A stretch of DNA of 64,000 nucleotides, from contig JAVJSW010000042.1 in the NCBI GenBank assembly GCA_040219255.1, positions 179,529 to 243,528 on the forward strand. The letters run 5' to 3'. The notes below the pieces were generated by a model, which ran no database searches, was not told the DNA's origin, and saw only the letters and a program-made list of their open reading frames with translations. The stretch comes from Sumerlaeia bacterium. Lineage in GTDB: Bacteria; Sumerlaeota; Sumerlaeia; SLMS01; JAHLLQ01. The first letter of the stretch is position 1, and every line of letters begins with the position of its first letter. The position numbers were made by a program, and so were the translations under genes. Below, piece after piece: positions 1-9,115 of the stretch.

Positions 1-117
1 CACCTGCGCGACGATCCCGATCCGCCAGACGACGCCGACGCGTTTCTGGAGGCGGCGCTTTCGTGCTGGCGGGACGAACCCATTCGAGACCACGCCTTTG
101 AACCACGCGATCTTTGA
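1..117 (+). CDS. 3' end of a small acidic protein, putative VapB-type antitoxin (partial)
   Basis: Frame 1 is open from the window start (HLRDDPDPPDDADAFLEAALSCWRDEPIRDHAFEPRDL*, TGA at 115-117) and overlaps the start of the PIN toxin. Antitoxin role is inferred from position only. Confidence 0.4.
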   Translation, partial: HLRDDPDPPDDADAFLEAALSCWRDEPIRDHAFEPRDL

Positions 118-496
118 CACAAACGTCCTGTCGTATTTCCTCAACAAGGACACGAGGGCCGAAAATTACCGGGTGTATCTGGCAGGATTCGAATGGCGGA
201 TAATTTCCTTCGTGACCCTCCTCGAGTGCCGATTCGGGGCTGAGCGCCGGGCTTGGGGGCCTGTGCGGCGGGCGGGGATGGAGTCGCTCCTGACTGAATT
301 CCAGGTAGTTTATTCAGACGATTCGCTATGCTTCCAGGTTGCCCGTCTTCTGGCGGACCTCGAAAGGGCGGGTACTCCGATAGGCACTCACGACACCTGG
401 ATCGCCGCGACCGCCCTGGCGCTCCAGTGTCCCGTTGTGACCCACAACGCCCGGCATTTTCGCGCCGTCGAGGGCCTCCGGTTTCTAACCGCTTAG
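98..496 (+). CDS. vapC: PIN-domain ribonuclease toxin (VapC family)
   Basis: 132 aa. N-terminal IFDTNVLS, LLECRFG, GTHDTWIAATALA and VVTHNARHF are PIN/VapC motifs. TTG start. Confidence 0.85.
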   Translation: MNHAIFDTNVLSYFLNKDTRAENYRVYLAGFEWRIISFVTLLECRFGAERRAWGPVRRAGMESLLTEFQVVYSDDSLCFQVARLLADLERAGTPIGTHDTWIAATALALQCPVVTHNARHFRAVEGLRFLTA

Positions 497-585
497 CATT
501 GCCGTTCCCATTCCGCTTGCCCGGCGGAGCGCCCCATACCCACCCTGGAGCATCCGAAACGACCTATCCAGAGGACGACGATTTC

Positions 586-2061
586 ATGAAGGTTTTGGTT
601 ACAGGCGGCGCCGGCTACATCGGCAGTGTAACGGTGGAGGCCCTGATCGCTCGGGGCGACGACGTGATTGTGGTGGACAATCTGTCCACCGGCCACCGGG
701 GTGCCGTGCATCCGAAGGCGGAATTCCTGGAAGTGGACATCTTGGACACACCGGCTCTGATTCGGGCGATGGTCTTCAAGGTCGATGCGGTGATTCACTT
801 CGCGGCGTCCTCTCAGGTCGGCGAGTCGGTCAAAGACCCGCAGAAGTACATGGAAAACAACGTGGGGGGAACGCTGTCTCTGCTGAAGGCGATGCGGGCC
901 GCTGGGGTGAACAAGCTGGTGTTCAGTTCGACCGCGGCCGTTTACGGCGAGCCTGGGAGCGTGCCGATCACGGAAGATCAGCCGACCGCGCCGGCGAACC
1001 CCTATGGCATGACGAAGCTCTTCATGGAGCAGGCGATGCAGACCTTCAGCGACGCCTACAAGCTGCGCAGCGTGCGCCTGCGGTATTTCAACGCGTGCGG
1101 CGCCAGCCCGAACCGGGGCGAGCATCACGATCCAGAGACCCACTTGATTCCGCTAGTGTTGCAGGTGGCACAGGGCAAGCGCGACGATGTGAAGATTTTC
1201 GGTACGGATTATCCCACTCCAGACGGCACCTGCGTGCGCGATTACATTCACGTGGACGATCTGGCGCGGGCGCACATCGCAGCGCTGGAGTACCTGCAGA
1301 ACGGTGGTCCTTCCGTTTCCATCAACCTGGGCAACGGCCAGGGATACAGCGTCCGCCAAGTCATCGACGTTTGCCGCCAGGTGACTGGCAAAGACGTTCG
1401 CGCCGCGGAAGCGCCTCGGCGCGCCGGGGACCCGAGCCAACTGGTGGCGTCCGCGGAAAAAGCGCGCGATCTGCTTGGCTGGGCTCCAGAGAAGTCGAGT
1501 CTGGAGCAAATCGTCAGGGACGCCTGGCGCTGGCATCAGGCCCATCCGTCGGGTTATCCGGAGTCGGAATCGACCGCTCCCCCGCCGGCTCCGGCCATGC
1601 CGAATACGGCGATCACGGACGAAACGGCGCAAACGCCGGTCACTCAGCCTTCCGCGGGCAAGTCCAACGAGGATGAACGCAAGCCGATCAGCGCCACATC
1701 GACGATTGGCCTGGGCGAAACGATGATCCTCCAGCGGACCGCCGATAAGGTTGGCCTGCGCTATTCCCGGCTGGACGAGTACGATCTGGATTCGAAGGAA
1801 GCGGAAAAGGCGCGAGGCTTGATTTCGGCGGAAATGGCGGCTTCGAAGAAGTTCTTCCCGCTGTCGCTGGAGGAAAAACCCGGCGCCGCGCCGATTCTGC
1901 ATATCGCCGTGGTCGACGCGCTCGATGTGACAATCACCGACGCGCTTCAGTTCATGCTGCCGGAATACACGATCCAACCGGTCGTGGTAAAGGGTGCGAA
2001 CCTCAAAGAAGTCACCCGGAAGTACTATGGCGCTGAACAGGGTGGGGCGGGGGCGGGCTGA
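586..2061 (+). CDS. galE: UDP-glucose 4-epimerase with a C-terminal T2SS-E/PilB N-terminal-like extension
   Basis: MKVLVTGGAGYIGS, FSSTAAVYG, YGMTK, LRYFNA, DGTCVRDYIHV. ATG at 586 after GAGG. About 160 extra residues follow the GalE core. Confidence 0.92.
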   Translation: MKVLVTGGAGYIGSVTVEALIARGDDVIVVDNLSTGHRGAVHPKAEFLEVDILDTPALIRAMVFKVDAVIHFAASSQVGESVKDPQKYMENNVGGTLSLLKAMRAAGVNKLVFSSTAAVYGEPGSVPITEDQPTAPANPYGMTKLFMEQAMQTFSDAYKLRSVRLRYFNACGASPNRGEHHDPETHLIPLVLQVAQGKRDDVKIFGTDYPTPDGTCVRDYIHVDDLARAHIAALEYLQNGGPSVSINLGNGQGYSVRQVIDVCRQVTGKDVRAAEAPRRAGDPSQLVASAEKARDLLGWAPEKSSLEQIVRDAWRWHQAHPSGYPESESTAPPPAPAMPNTAITDETAQTPVTQPSAGKSNEDERKPISATSTIGLGETMILQRTADKVGLRYSRLDEYDLDSKEAEKARGLISAEMAASKKFFPLSLEEKPGAAPILHIAVVDALDVTITDALQFMLPEYTIQPVVVKGANLKEVTRKYYGAEQGGAGAG

Positions 2062-3767
2062 GACTCCGTTCGCAGGCCCGGCAATTCCGCCAAGTCCAAT
2101 AGTTGCAAGGTTGCTGTGTTATGAGCCAGCGCCTGCGCGATGTGGACCGGGGCTTGCATGCCCCACTGTGCCAGCAGATTGATCCAGCCCAGATGCCGCT
2201 CCTGACGCGACCCGTCCGGCCAGAGGCTGTGGACGAGGGTATCGTGCCATCGTTCGCCATGACCGGCTTGCTGGGCGAAGTAGTTGGCGAGACGACCGGT
2301 CAGTTGTTCGGCGCGGCCATCGAAGGCCGTCAGCAGTCGCCCGTAGGCCTGATGGATGGCGGTGTCACGACCGGCCCCGTCGATCGTGGCGCCGGCGCGG
2401 GCGAGGGCTTCGCGTATCGTTTCGAACTCCTTGCGGACCGCGTTCTGTGCCTGGAATTCGTCACCGTGGCGAGAGGCGGCGCGAGCGATGGCCTCTGGCC
2501 CGGAGGCGTAGGCTTCCTCGATTTCAAGGCCCAGGCGCTGGGCGGCGCGGCGCACTGGCGGTTCGATCAGGACGGCGCCGGGGCGCGGAATGAGGGCCGG
2601 ACGGAAGATGCCGGTCTCCGCGTAGAGCGGCCCGATCTGAGCGTGATAGATCAGTTCGGAAGGCCCCGCCACGTACGCGGCGGTGGGCAGGGCGGCGTCC
2701 TGCACGAGCGGCCGGAGCGCGGCGTTGGGACTGAAGGCCTCGGGGGTTTCCTCGAGCCGGGCGAGAAGGTCTTGGGGGCTGGCCTCGAGGAGCGATTCTC
2801 CGGTGGCGGGATGGGTGACGCGACAGCGGTCGTCGTGCCAGGTGGCCTTTCCGCGAATGCCACCGATTTCCAGGAACCAGTTGGCTTCGTTACCGTTGCG
2901 ATGAATGGCGCGGTCGCCGACGCCCACGATGGCCAGAGCTTGGGCGGACTCGGCGAGTAGTCCAGAGAAACGTGTTCCGCCTTCGATGTCCGAGCGGATG
3001 ACGGCGATCGCGCGGCGCCTCAGCCACCCCAGCCGCGGGGCGACGGGTACGAGGCCAAGAGGCCCGAGGGTCCGCAAGAGGAGTCGTGTGAACTGGTCCT
3101 CCCAGGTGGTGTCGGCGGATGAATGGACGAAGTGGAGGAGTTCGTCGAGCTGGGGGGCGCCGGGGAGGGCGTCGCGGATGGCGCGAGACAAATCGGCCAC
3201 CATCGCCGGGGTCAGTTGGACGCGAGAGACGGACCGGCCCGGCCCGGCTGCCGGGGAGGGCGCTGACCAGGAGCGAAGGCGACGCTCGCGGTCGAGCCAA
3301 CGGGCGGTGGCGACTTCGGCGAAATCGTGATCGTCCGAAGCGACCCAGAAAACAGGAACCGCCGGAATCCCGGTCTCACGCTCGATGGCATGGGCCCAGG
3401 CGATGGCCCCAGCGGCCTTGTAAAGCGTGTAGAGCGGCCCGCCGAGCAGGCCCGCCTGTTGACCGGTGACGACTGCGACGGTGCCGGGGCGAGCCAGTTT
3501 CTCCAGGCCGGCCAGCGCTTCGGCGGGAGGCTGGAGCGGCTCCAGCCAGCTACGCCAATCGTTTAGCTCATCGGGAGTCAGCGGAGGAAAGCCACTCCGC
3601 GAGCGAACCGCGGCGCGGACGGAGATCTGGGCCGGTCCGGCGTCGAACCACTTTGAAATGCCGGGGTCGCCGGCGAAGAGCAACTGGGGCCATTGGGCCG
3701 CTGTCGGGAGAGACAAGGGTTCTGTTCGTTTCCGTGGCGGAAGGATGGGGGGCGCGGCGTCCGGCAA
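2025..3767 (-). CDS. bshC: Bacillithiol biosynthesis cysteine-adding enzyme BshC
   Basis: VVTGQQAGLLGGPLYTLYKA, FWVASDDHDFAEV, FSPNAALRPLVQD, YVAGPSELIYHAQ and QERH are BshC motifs. Confidence 0.88.
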   Translation of the reverse strand: MPDAAPPILPPRKRTEPLSLPTAAQWPQLLFAGDPGISKWFDAGPAQISVRAAVRSRSGFPPLTPDELNDWRSWLEPLQPPAEALAGLEKLARPGTVAVVTGQQAGLLGGPLYTLYKAAGAIAWAHAIERETGIPAVPVFWVASDDHDFAEVATARWLDRERRLRSWSAPSPAAGPGRSVSRVQLTPAMVADLSRAIRDALPGAPQLDELLHFVHSSADTTWEDQFTRLLLRTLGPLGLVPVAPRLGWLRRRAIAVIRSDIEGGTRFSGLLAESAQALAIVGVGDRAIHRNGNEANWFLEIGGIRGKATWHDDRCRVTHPATGESLLEASPQDLLARLEETPEAFSPNAALRPLVQDAALPTAAYVAGPSELIYHAQIGPLYAETGIFRPALIPRPGAVLIEPPVRRAAQRLGLEIEEAYASGPEAIARAASRHGDEFQAQNAVRKEFETIREALARAGATIDGAGRDTAIHQAYGRLLTAFDGRAEQLTGRLANYFAQQAGHGERWHDTLVHSLWPDGSRQERHLGWINLLAQWGMQAPVHIAQALAHNTATLQLLDLAELPGLRTESQPAPAPPCSAP

Positions 3768-3776
3768 AAAGGAGGT

Positions 3777-4886
3777 TTAGCCGCCTGGGGCGGAGGACGA
3801 ATCCACTGCGGGATGGGCGGCCAAGGCCTCGCCGGGAAGGACGAAATCGGACCATGACCGCAGGAGCCCCACTGGCTTTTGGACCCGATAGGCGAATTCC
3901 GCGCCAGCTTCCGCAAGCTCCCAATGGCGTCCGGTGGGGTCGGCGTAGAGGGTGAAGGCGCGTTCCGGGCCGGCGGTGGTGGCGACGCGCAGGACCTGGG
4001 TGGTGGCGTCCGCGGCGGTCGCGGGACTGGCGGTGGCGAAGCTGAGGTAAGAAAGGGCTCGCAGTTGACGGAGGGCGCCCTGGACGGCGGACGGACGGGC
4101 CGGACGGAGCTGCTGGCCGTCCTCGACATTCCACGTCCCTGGGCGGGCCTGGGTCAGGCGGTAAACGAGCGTGTCGCCTTGCCACAGGGAAAGGCTGCGA
4201 ATATCGCCGTCCGCGCCGTCGAGCGACAGAACGTCGCGCTGGCGCCAGTCGCGGGGAAAGGCGCCGGCGAAGTTATCGGTCAGATCGCAGGCCACCAGGT
4301 AAACTTGCGATTCGTCGGGTCGGCGGATGTAGGTTTTTCCAAGAGTCTTGCGGCCGATGAAGAGGTCTTCCCGGACATTGTTCTCCTTCAGGAACCTGAC
4401 CCGGACGCCGGTCTGGGGGGTGACACCGAAAACCCGATCGTGGTTGTAGGGATTGTCTCCATGGAGTTGGACGAAAAGGCTGCCATCGATTTCCGGTTCG
4501 CCCTCATCGGTGGAGAACATGCGCTGGACGCGCCGGGGCGAGACGGGGTGCCAGGTTTCGCCATCCAGGACGCTCCAGGCCTGGCCCTCTCGTTTGAGGT
4601 GGATGAGGGCGCCGTTGGGCTGATGGACCTCGATGGCATCGATGGTGGTGGAGTCGACGCCCCCGAAGAATGTGGAGGCGACGCCGACGCTTCGGTGGTA
4701 GAGTCCCTCGCTGGCGTTCCCCCGAAGGGTCATGGTGAAGAGGATCGAGCCGGAGACGGCGAGGATCAGCGACCACTGGCCGACGCGAGTGCGCAGGAAC
4801 CGGAGCCAGTTGAGGGGCGAGAGGGGCCGGTGCGGATTCTCGAATCGCTTCCAATCGTGGGAGAGAAGGGGGGATGAGGTCTTCAT
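3777..4886 (-). CDS. DUF4340-like membrane-anchored periplasmic protein
   Basis: N-terminal TM segment; LFIGRKTLGKTYIRRPDESQVYLV and DWRQRDVL resemble the DUF4340 pattern. Confidence 0.6.
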   Translation of the reverse strand: MKTSSPLLSHDWKRFENPHRPLSPLNWLRFLRTRVGQWSLILAVSGSILFTMTLRGNASEGLYHRSVGVASTFFGGVDSTTIDAIEVHQPNGALIHLKREGQAWSVLDGETWHPVSPRRVQRMFSTDEGEPEIDGSLFVQLHGDNPYNHDRVFGVTPQTGVRVRFLKENNVREDLFIGRKTLGKTYIRRPDESQVYLVACDLTDNFAGAFPRDWRQRDVLSLDGADGDIRSLSLWQGDTLVYRLTQARPGTWNVEDGQQLRPARPSAVQGALRQLRALSYLSFATASPATAADATTQVLRVATTAGPERAFTLYADPTGRHWELAEAGAEFAYRVQKPVGLLRSWSDFVLPGEALAAHPAVDSSSAPGG

Positions 4887-5132
4887 GGCTGGTCCAAACC
4901 GATCAGGGGATCGTTGAACGGAATAAATGATTTGTCACTGAAACAGATGGCACCACGAAGGCTTTCCGTCAAGGACGACTCGCGAATCGAATTCCAGACG
5001 GCTCATGTTGGGGTTGCTCTGTGCCCCCCGAACCCCTTAGTTCCCACAGACCGTTTTCCGCTGGCGCCTTTGATTCGATGGGTTTCGAACGCCGGTGGGG
5101 GACTCATCCCGATGCGAAGACATGTGATACCG

Positions 5133-5891
5133 ATGCTGAAAAACTTTCAGACTCCTACGATTTTCCTGGGCTTGTTCCTGCGCAAGTTTGACGTTTCCGA
5201 CTTCAAGAGCTTCAGCGAGACGCTGCCCTGGCGCCTGCCCGAGTTGGACGCCGACGCGCCGCAATTCGCCAATTTGCCCCCGAACGCTCCGCCGGACCAG
5301 CCGCGGGTGCGCTTCCTTTCCAAGGACGGCCGGCTTCAGCTCGAAGTCGCCCCGGCCAAGATTCATTTCCGCATGATGCCCGGCGAAGTGACTCAGAACG
5401 AGCAGGGGCAGGCCAGCCTGAAGGCGCTTCCGGTGCCCGAGGCTTTTGAATCCTTCATCCCCCAAGCGATGCGGGTTCATACCACCCTGACGGAGCACTT
5501 CGGGGCGACGTCTTCGCGCGTGGGCATCATCACCGATATGATCGCTCCGGTGCCGAGCAGCGCCAACCAGCGCATCCAGAAGTACATCATGGGTGGCAGC
5601 AACCTGCTTGGCGAACGCCTGGCGGACATCAACATCAACGTTTTGTCGCGTGTGCAGTTGCCGAACGACGGTCCGAACGTGAACCGCCGCATCATGGTGC
5701 GCGGGATTCGCTCGGGCGGCCCCCAGGGCCCCGGCGGCGATCTGCTGCTGAACGTCAATGTGGACGTGAACACGTTGGCGGAAGAACCCTATGACATCAC
5801 CACGGCGGAGCTGGAGAAGTTCCTGCGGGGCGTGAGCAAACACATGGACACAAGTGTGCCGCTGCTGAACGAACCGCAGATTTTCGAATAG
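5133..5891 (+). CDS. Hypothetical protein (possibly TIGR04255-like)
   Basis: Open frame with host-like codon usage immediately upstream of xseA. PRVRFLSKDG...RVGII...VDVNT pattern. Start uncertain (5112 or 5133). Confidence 0.6.
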   Translation: MLKNFQTPTIFLGLFLRKFDVSDFKSFSETLPWRLPELDADAPQFANLPPNAPPDQPRVRFLSKDGRLQLEVAPAKIHFRMMPGEVTQNEQGQASLKALPVPEAFESFIPQAMRVHTTLTEHFGATSSRVGIITDMIAPVPSSANQRIQKYIMGGSNLLGERLADININVLSRVQLPNDGPNVNRRIMVRGIRSGGPQGPGGDLLLNVNVDVNTLAEEPYDITTAELEKFLRGVSKHMDTSVPLLNEPQIFE

Positions 5892-5904
5892 TCCGCGGCT
5901 TGGA

Positions 5905-7152
5905 ATGACAGACCTCTCCCCCGCCGAAGCCTCGCAGGATCGCAAGCCCCTCTCGCCCTCGGCCGTCAACGCGATGGTCGGGGGTTTGCTGGAACCGGCC
6001 TTGAACCGGCTCTGGGTCGAGGGCGAGATCAGCAATTGGAAGGTGGCCGGCAGCGGCCACGCCTATTTCGCGCTGAAGGATCGGGACTCGATGCTCGAGT
6101 GCATCGCGTGGCGGTCGACGCTGGCCAAGGGCCGCGACCGCTTTCGCGACGGCGATCAGGTCGAGGTGCGGGGGGGCATTTCCGTTTACCAGAAACGGGG
6201 CCAATACAGCCTGATCGCGGATTCGATCAAGCCGGTGGGCGCGGGTCTGCTGTGGCAGAAGTTTCTTGAACTCAAGGAAAAGCTGGAGCGGGAAGGCCTC
6301 TTCGATCCGGCCCGCAAGCGGCCGATTCCCCGGCTGCCCCGGTGCGTGGGGATCGTAACGTCTCCGACGGGGGCGGCGGTGCGCGACATGCTCCATGTGC
6401 TCGAGCGCCGGGCGCCGGGCTTGTCGGTGTGGATCTATCCGGCCAAGGTGCAGGGTGCTGGAGCGGCGGAGGAAATCGCTCGCGGAGTGCAGGCGCTCGG
6501 GGCCTCGGGCGAGGTCGATGTGGTGATCGTGGCGCGGGGGGGCGGTTCGATGGAGGATCTTTGGGAATTCAACGATGAGAGGCTGGCGCGGGCGATCGCG
6601 GCTTGCCCGGTGCCGGTGATCAGCGGGGTGGGGCACGAGGTGGACTTCACGATCGCCGATTTCGTGGCGGACATGCGGGCGCCAACACCCAGCGCCGCCG
6701 CCGAGGTGGTGAGCGAAGACCATCTGGGGACGCTGGCTCGTGTGCGGGAATTGGCTGGGCGGGTGGAGCGAGTCATCGACCGGCGACTGGCGGACGCGCG
6801 GGGCCGGACGCGGGCGGCGGCGTCGAGTTACGCTCTGCGCCAGCCGGAAAGCTTGCTGCGCGAGGCCCAGCAACGGACCGACGACGCGCTGCGCCGGGCG
6901 GACGAAACGGTGGATCGGCGTCTGGGCGATGGGCGGTCGCGGTTGATGGCGGCGCTGGCGGGGATGCGGGGGCACGATCCAGGTCTGGTGTTGAAAAAGG
7001 GTTATGCCATCGTGCGGCGCGGCCGCGACGGCAAGGTGGTGGTCAAGCCCGGACAGGTGCGCCAGGGCGAAGCGCTGGAGACCGAATTCGCCCAAGGAAC
7101 GATCCGGAGCGTGGTGATCGACGACCAGCCGGATCTCTTTATCGAAGGCTAG
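5905..7152 (+). CDS. xseA: Exodeoxyribonuclease VII large subunit
   Basis: WVEGEISNW, SGHAYFALKD, GIVTSPTGAAVRD, ARGGGSMEDLW, SGVGHEVDFTIADFVADMRAPTPSAAAE. Confidence 0.96.
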   Translation: MTDLSPAEASQDRKPLSPSAVNAMVGGLLEPALNRLWVEGEISNWKVAGSGHAYFALKDRDSMLECIAWRSTLAKGRDRFRDGDQVEVRGGISVYQKRGQYSLIADSIKPVGAGLLWQKFLELKEKLEREGLFDPARKRPIPRLPRCVGIVTSPTGAAVRDMLHVLERRAPGLSVWIYPAKVQGAGAAEEIARGVQALGASGEVDVVIVARGGGSMEDLWEFNDERLARAIAACPVPVISGVGHEVDFTIADFVADMRAPTPSAAAEVVSEDHLGTLARVRELAGRVERVIDRRLADARGRTRAAASSYALRQPESLLREAQQRTDDALRRADETVDRRLGDGRSRLMAALAGMRGHDPGLVLKKGYAIVRRGRDGKVVVKPGQVRQGEALETEFAQGTIRSVVIDDQPDLFIEG

Positions 7153-8140
7153 CGCTGGAGCCCGCGCCCGCCTCGGCGGGGCGGAATTGCCGGTGGCAAG
7201 TCTGGCAGGACACGGCCAAGTCCCAGAAGGCCACGTCGGCCGCCTCTCGGCTTCCATTCAGCAGGGCTTCGTTAAGAGCGCGGGCCTTTGTGATCGTTTC
7301 TTCCATCAGAGCCTTCATGGGCGGTTCGACGGGCGGATCGGCGGCGATCCACTGGGCGAAGGTGTCGGCCACGGTGCGGGCTTCGTAGGCGGGCGTGGTG
7401 TCGCTGTGGGCCTGTGGACTGGCCCATTGGTGATGGGCTTGGGCTTCGGCGAGGATGTCGAAGGCGCGCCCGGCGTCGCGCATGACCTGCGGCAGGGAGC
7501 GGGGCGGGGCATCGAAGCGGAGTTCGAAGGGCTGGGCCTCCGCCGCGAAATAGCGGACGTCATCGTAGCGGTCGAGGATGTCGCTCCAGAGGCCGGCCAT
7601 GCGTTCCGGAGTTTCGTAGCCGGTTCCCTGGAAAAAGACGCTGGCGCGGTTGTTCCCCTGGCCTTCGTCCCAGGCGGCGGCGAGCGAGGCGATGGCCAGC
7701 ACACGGCCGTCGGCGGCCCGCGAGTGGAGCAGGTAATTGCCCTGGGTTTCGATGATGGTGCGGAGGATCTGATAGAGTTCGGCCGGTTCGATGCGGCCCG
7801 GGCGGACGGGATTGTGGAGGTGGCTCATGCCGAGGCGGCCGGCGGGGGTGCGGCCCGGGGGGGCTTCGTCGATGCTGAGGATGGTGCGGACGCCGCGATC
7901 GTCGCGCAGGTGGCGGAAGTCCGCTTCCTCCCGGAGGTCGCCGGCGACGGCCTGGATGCGGCCGGTGAAGTTCCAAAGGGGCAGGCCGCTGGGCAGTTGG
8001 AGGCGCACGGGCGGCGTGGTCAGCTCGCTGGCGGCGACGGCGCGGGCGATGTCTTCGGCGCGGAAAGGTTGCGCGGCTGCGGCGGATGCGCTGGCGGTGA
8101 GAGCCAGGAGCAGGAAGCTGAGCTGTGTGAATCGAGACAT
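7139..8140 (-). CDS. Secreted protein: degenerate tyrosine/dual-specificity phosphatase-like domain plus C-terminal cytochrome c (CxxCH)
   Basis: Signal peptide; GVRTILSID; LLHSRAADGR (CX5R loop with Ser for Cys); helical C-terminal region ending SCQTCHRQFR. Confidence 0.65.
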   Translation of the reverse strand: MSRFTQLSFLLLALTASASAAAAQPFRAEDIARAVAASELTTPPVRLQLPSGLPLWNFTGRIQAVAGDLREEADFRHLRDDRGVRTILSIDEAPPGRTPAGRLGMSHLHNPVRPGRIEPAELYQILRTIIETQGNYLLHSRAADGRVLAIASLAAAWDEGQGNNRASVFFQGTGYETPERMAGLWSDILDRYDDVRYFAAEAQPFELRFDAPPRSLPQVMRDAGRAFDILAEAQAHHQWASPQAHSDTTPAYEARTVADTFAQWIAADPPVEPPMKALMEETITKARALNEALLNGSREAADVAFWDLAVSCQTCHRQFRPAEAGAGSSASLR

Positions 8141-8209
8141 GGACGCCGGAACTCCTCTTCGTACCGTTATGAAGAGGACTGACCGGCGGGCGCAAGGTTG
8201 GTCCGGGAG

Positions 8210-8252
8210 AAAAAAATGGAGCCTCCACCAGCGATTGCGGCGGAGGCTTTTT
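8210..8252 (-). terminator. Rho-independent terminator downstream of 8286-8978
   Basis: Minus strand reads AGCCTCCGCC-loop-GGTGGAGGCT then CCATTTTTTT. A T-run on the plus side too suggests it may be bidirectional. Confidence 0.6.
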
Positions 8253-8285
8253 CTTGCCGGGTTGGCGGGCGAAGTGCGGGAGGCT

Positions 8286-8978
8286 TTAGAACTGCTTCCA
8301 GCCTTCGACGGAAGCGTTGGCGTTGGTGGCGCCAGGGGTTGCGAGGTCGGGGAGGGTGGCGGCCGGCGGGAAGTCCAGGGCCTGCCAGGCGCCGGAGCCG
8401 TCGGTATCGCGGTAACCGCCGGCTTCGATAAAGAAGTTGTCCGGGTCGGGGCCGAAAATGATATCGGCGGTCTGGCTCAGAGGAACGAAAACGCCTTCGA
8501 GGTTATCGACATCGCCGGAGGGTTGATCGACGAGGTAGAGAATATCGATAATGTCGGCGCCGTTGTTGTATTCGGTTCCGTCGTAATTGGTGTCGGCGGC
8601 GCTGAAGTCGGAGGTGTTGACAAGGAGGATTTCCTGCAAACCGTCGCGCAGGAAGAACTGGTCGTCGGCCACCTGGTCGCCCGCGGGAGAGAAGCTCTCG
8701 GAGGTGTAGATGTCGTTGACGAGGAGGAAGAAGTTGCCGGTGGCGGTTCCAGTCAGGGTCTGGGACGAAGAGACATCGCCGTTGCTGGTGCGGACCGCGA
8801 CGAGCGTCAGACCGGTGACGGACTGGCCGGCGGTGGGGTTGTACAGTTCGACGAACTGGACGTCGATGCCGCCGTCGGTGTCGGCAAGGACTTCGTTGAG
8901 TTGCCATTGGGCGCTGACGGTGGTGGCGATGCCGATCAGGCAGGCCACGAGGACCATGGAAAGATTCTTCATTTTCAT
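8286..8978 (-). CDS. Secreted acidic protein with lamin-tail-like domain and C-terminal VxxWxxF motif
   Basis: AGGAG RBS before ATG 8978; signal peptide; LNEV...FVELYNPT...TPG (LTD-like); ends ASVEGWKQF. Confidence 0.7.
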   Translation of the reverse strand: MKMKNLSMVLVACLIGIATTVSAQWQLNEVLADTDGGIDVQFVELYNPTAGQSVTGLTLVAVRTSNGDVSSSQTLTGTATGNFFLLVNDIYTSESFSPAGDQVADDQFFLRDGLQEILLVNTSDFSAADTNYDGTEYNNGADIIDILYLVDQPSGDVDNLEGVFVPLSQTADIIFGPDPDNFFIEAGGYRDTDGSGAWQALDFPPAATLPDLATPGATNANASVEGWKQF

Positions 8979-9115
8979 CGAAGAACTCCTTTGGAGAGGG
9001 GACTCCTGTAATGCACAGGTAGTGAAAGACATAAGAAAACCGTCAGAAGCATGCAAGAACAATATGACTTGCGATGCAAAATTCCGACGGTTAAGGGTGA
9101 ATTTGGTTTTCTCTA

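Noticed and set aside
328-585. Long N-terminal extensions given by the ORF track (galE from 328; likewise 40043-41509, 46051, 59074, 28087)
   Set aside because: The extensions overlap neighbouring genes or are low-complexity. Downstream starts with an RBS, a coupling overlap or a family-typical N-terminus fit better.
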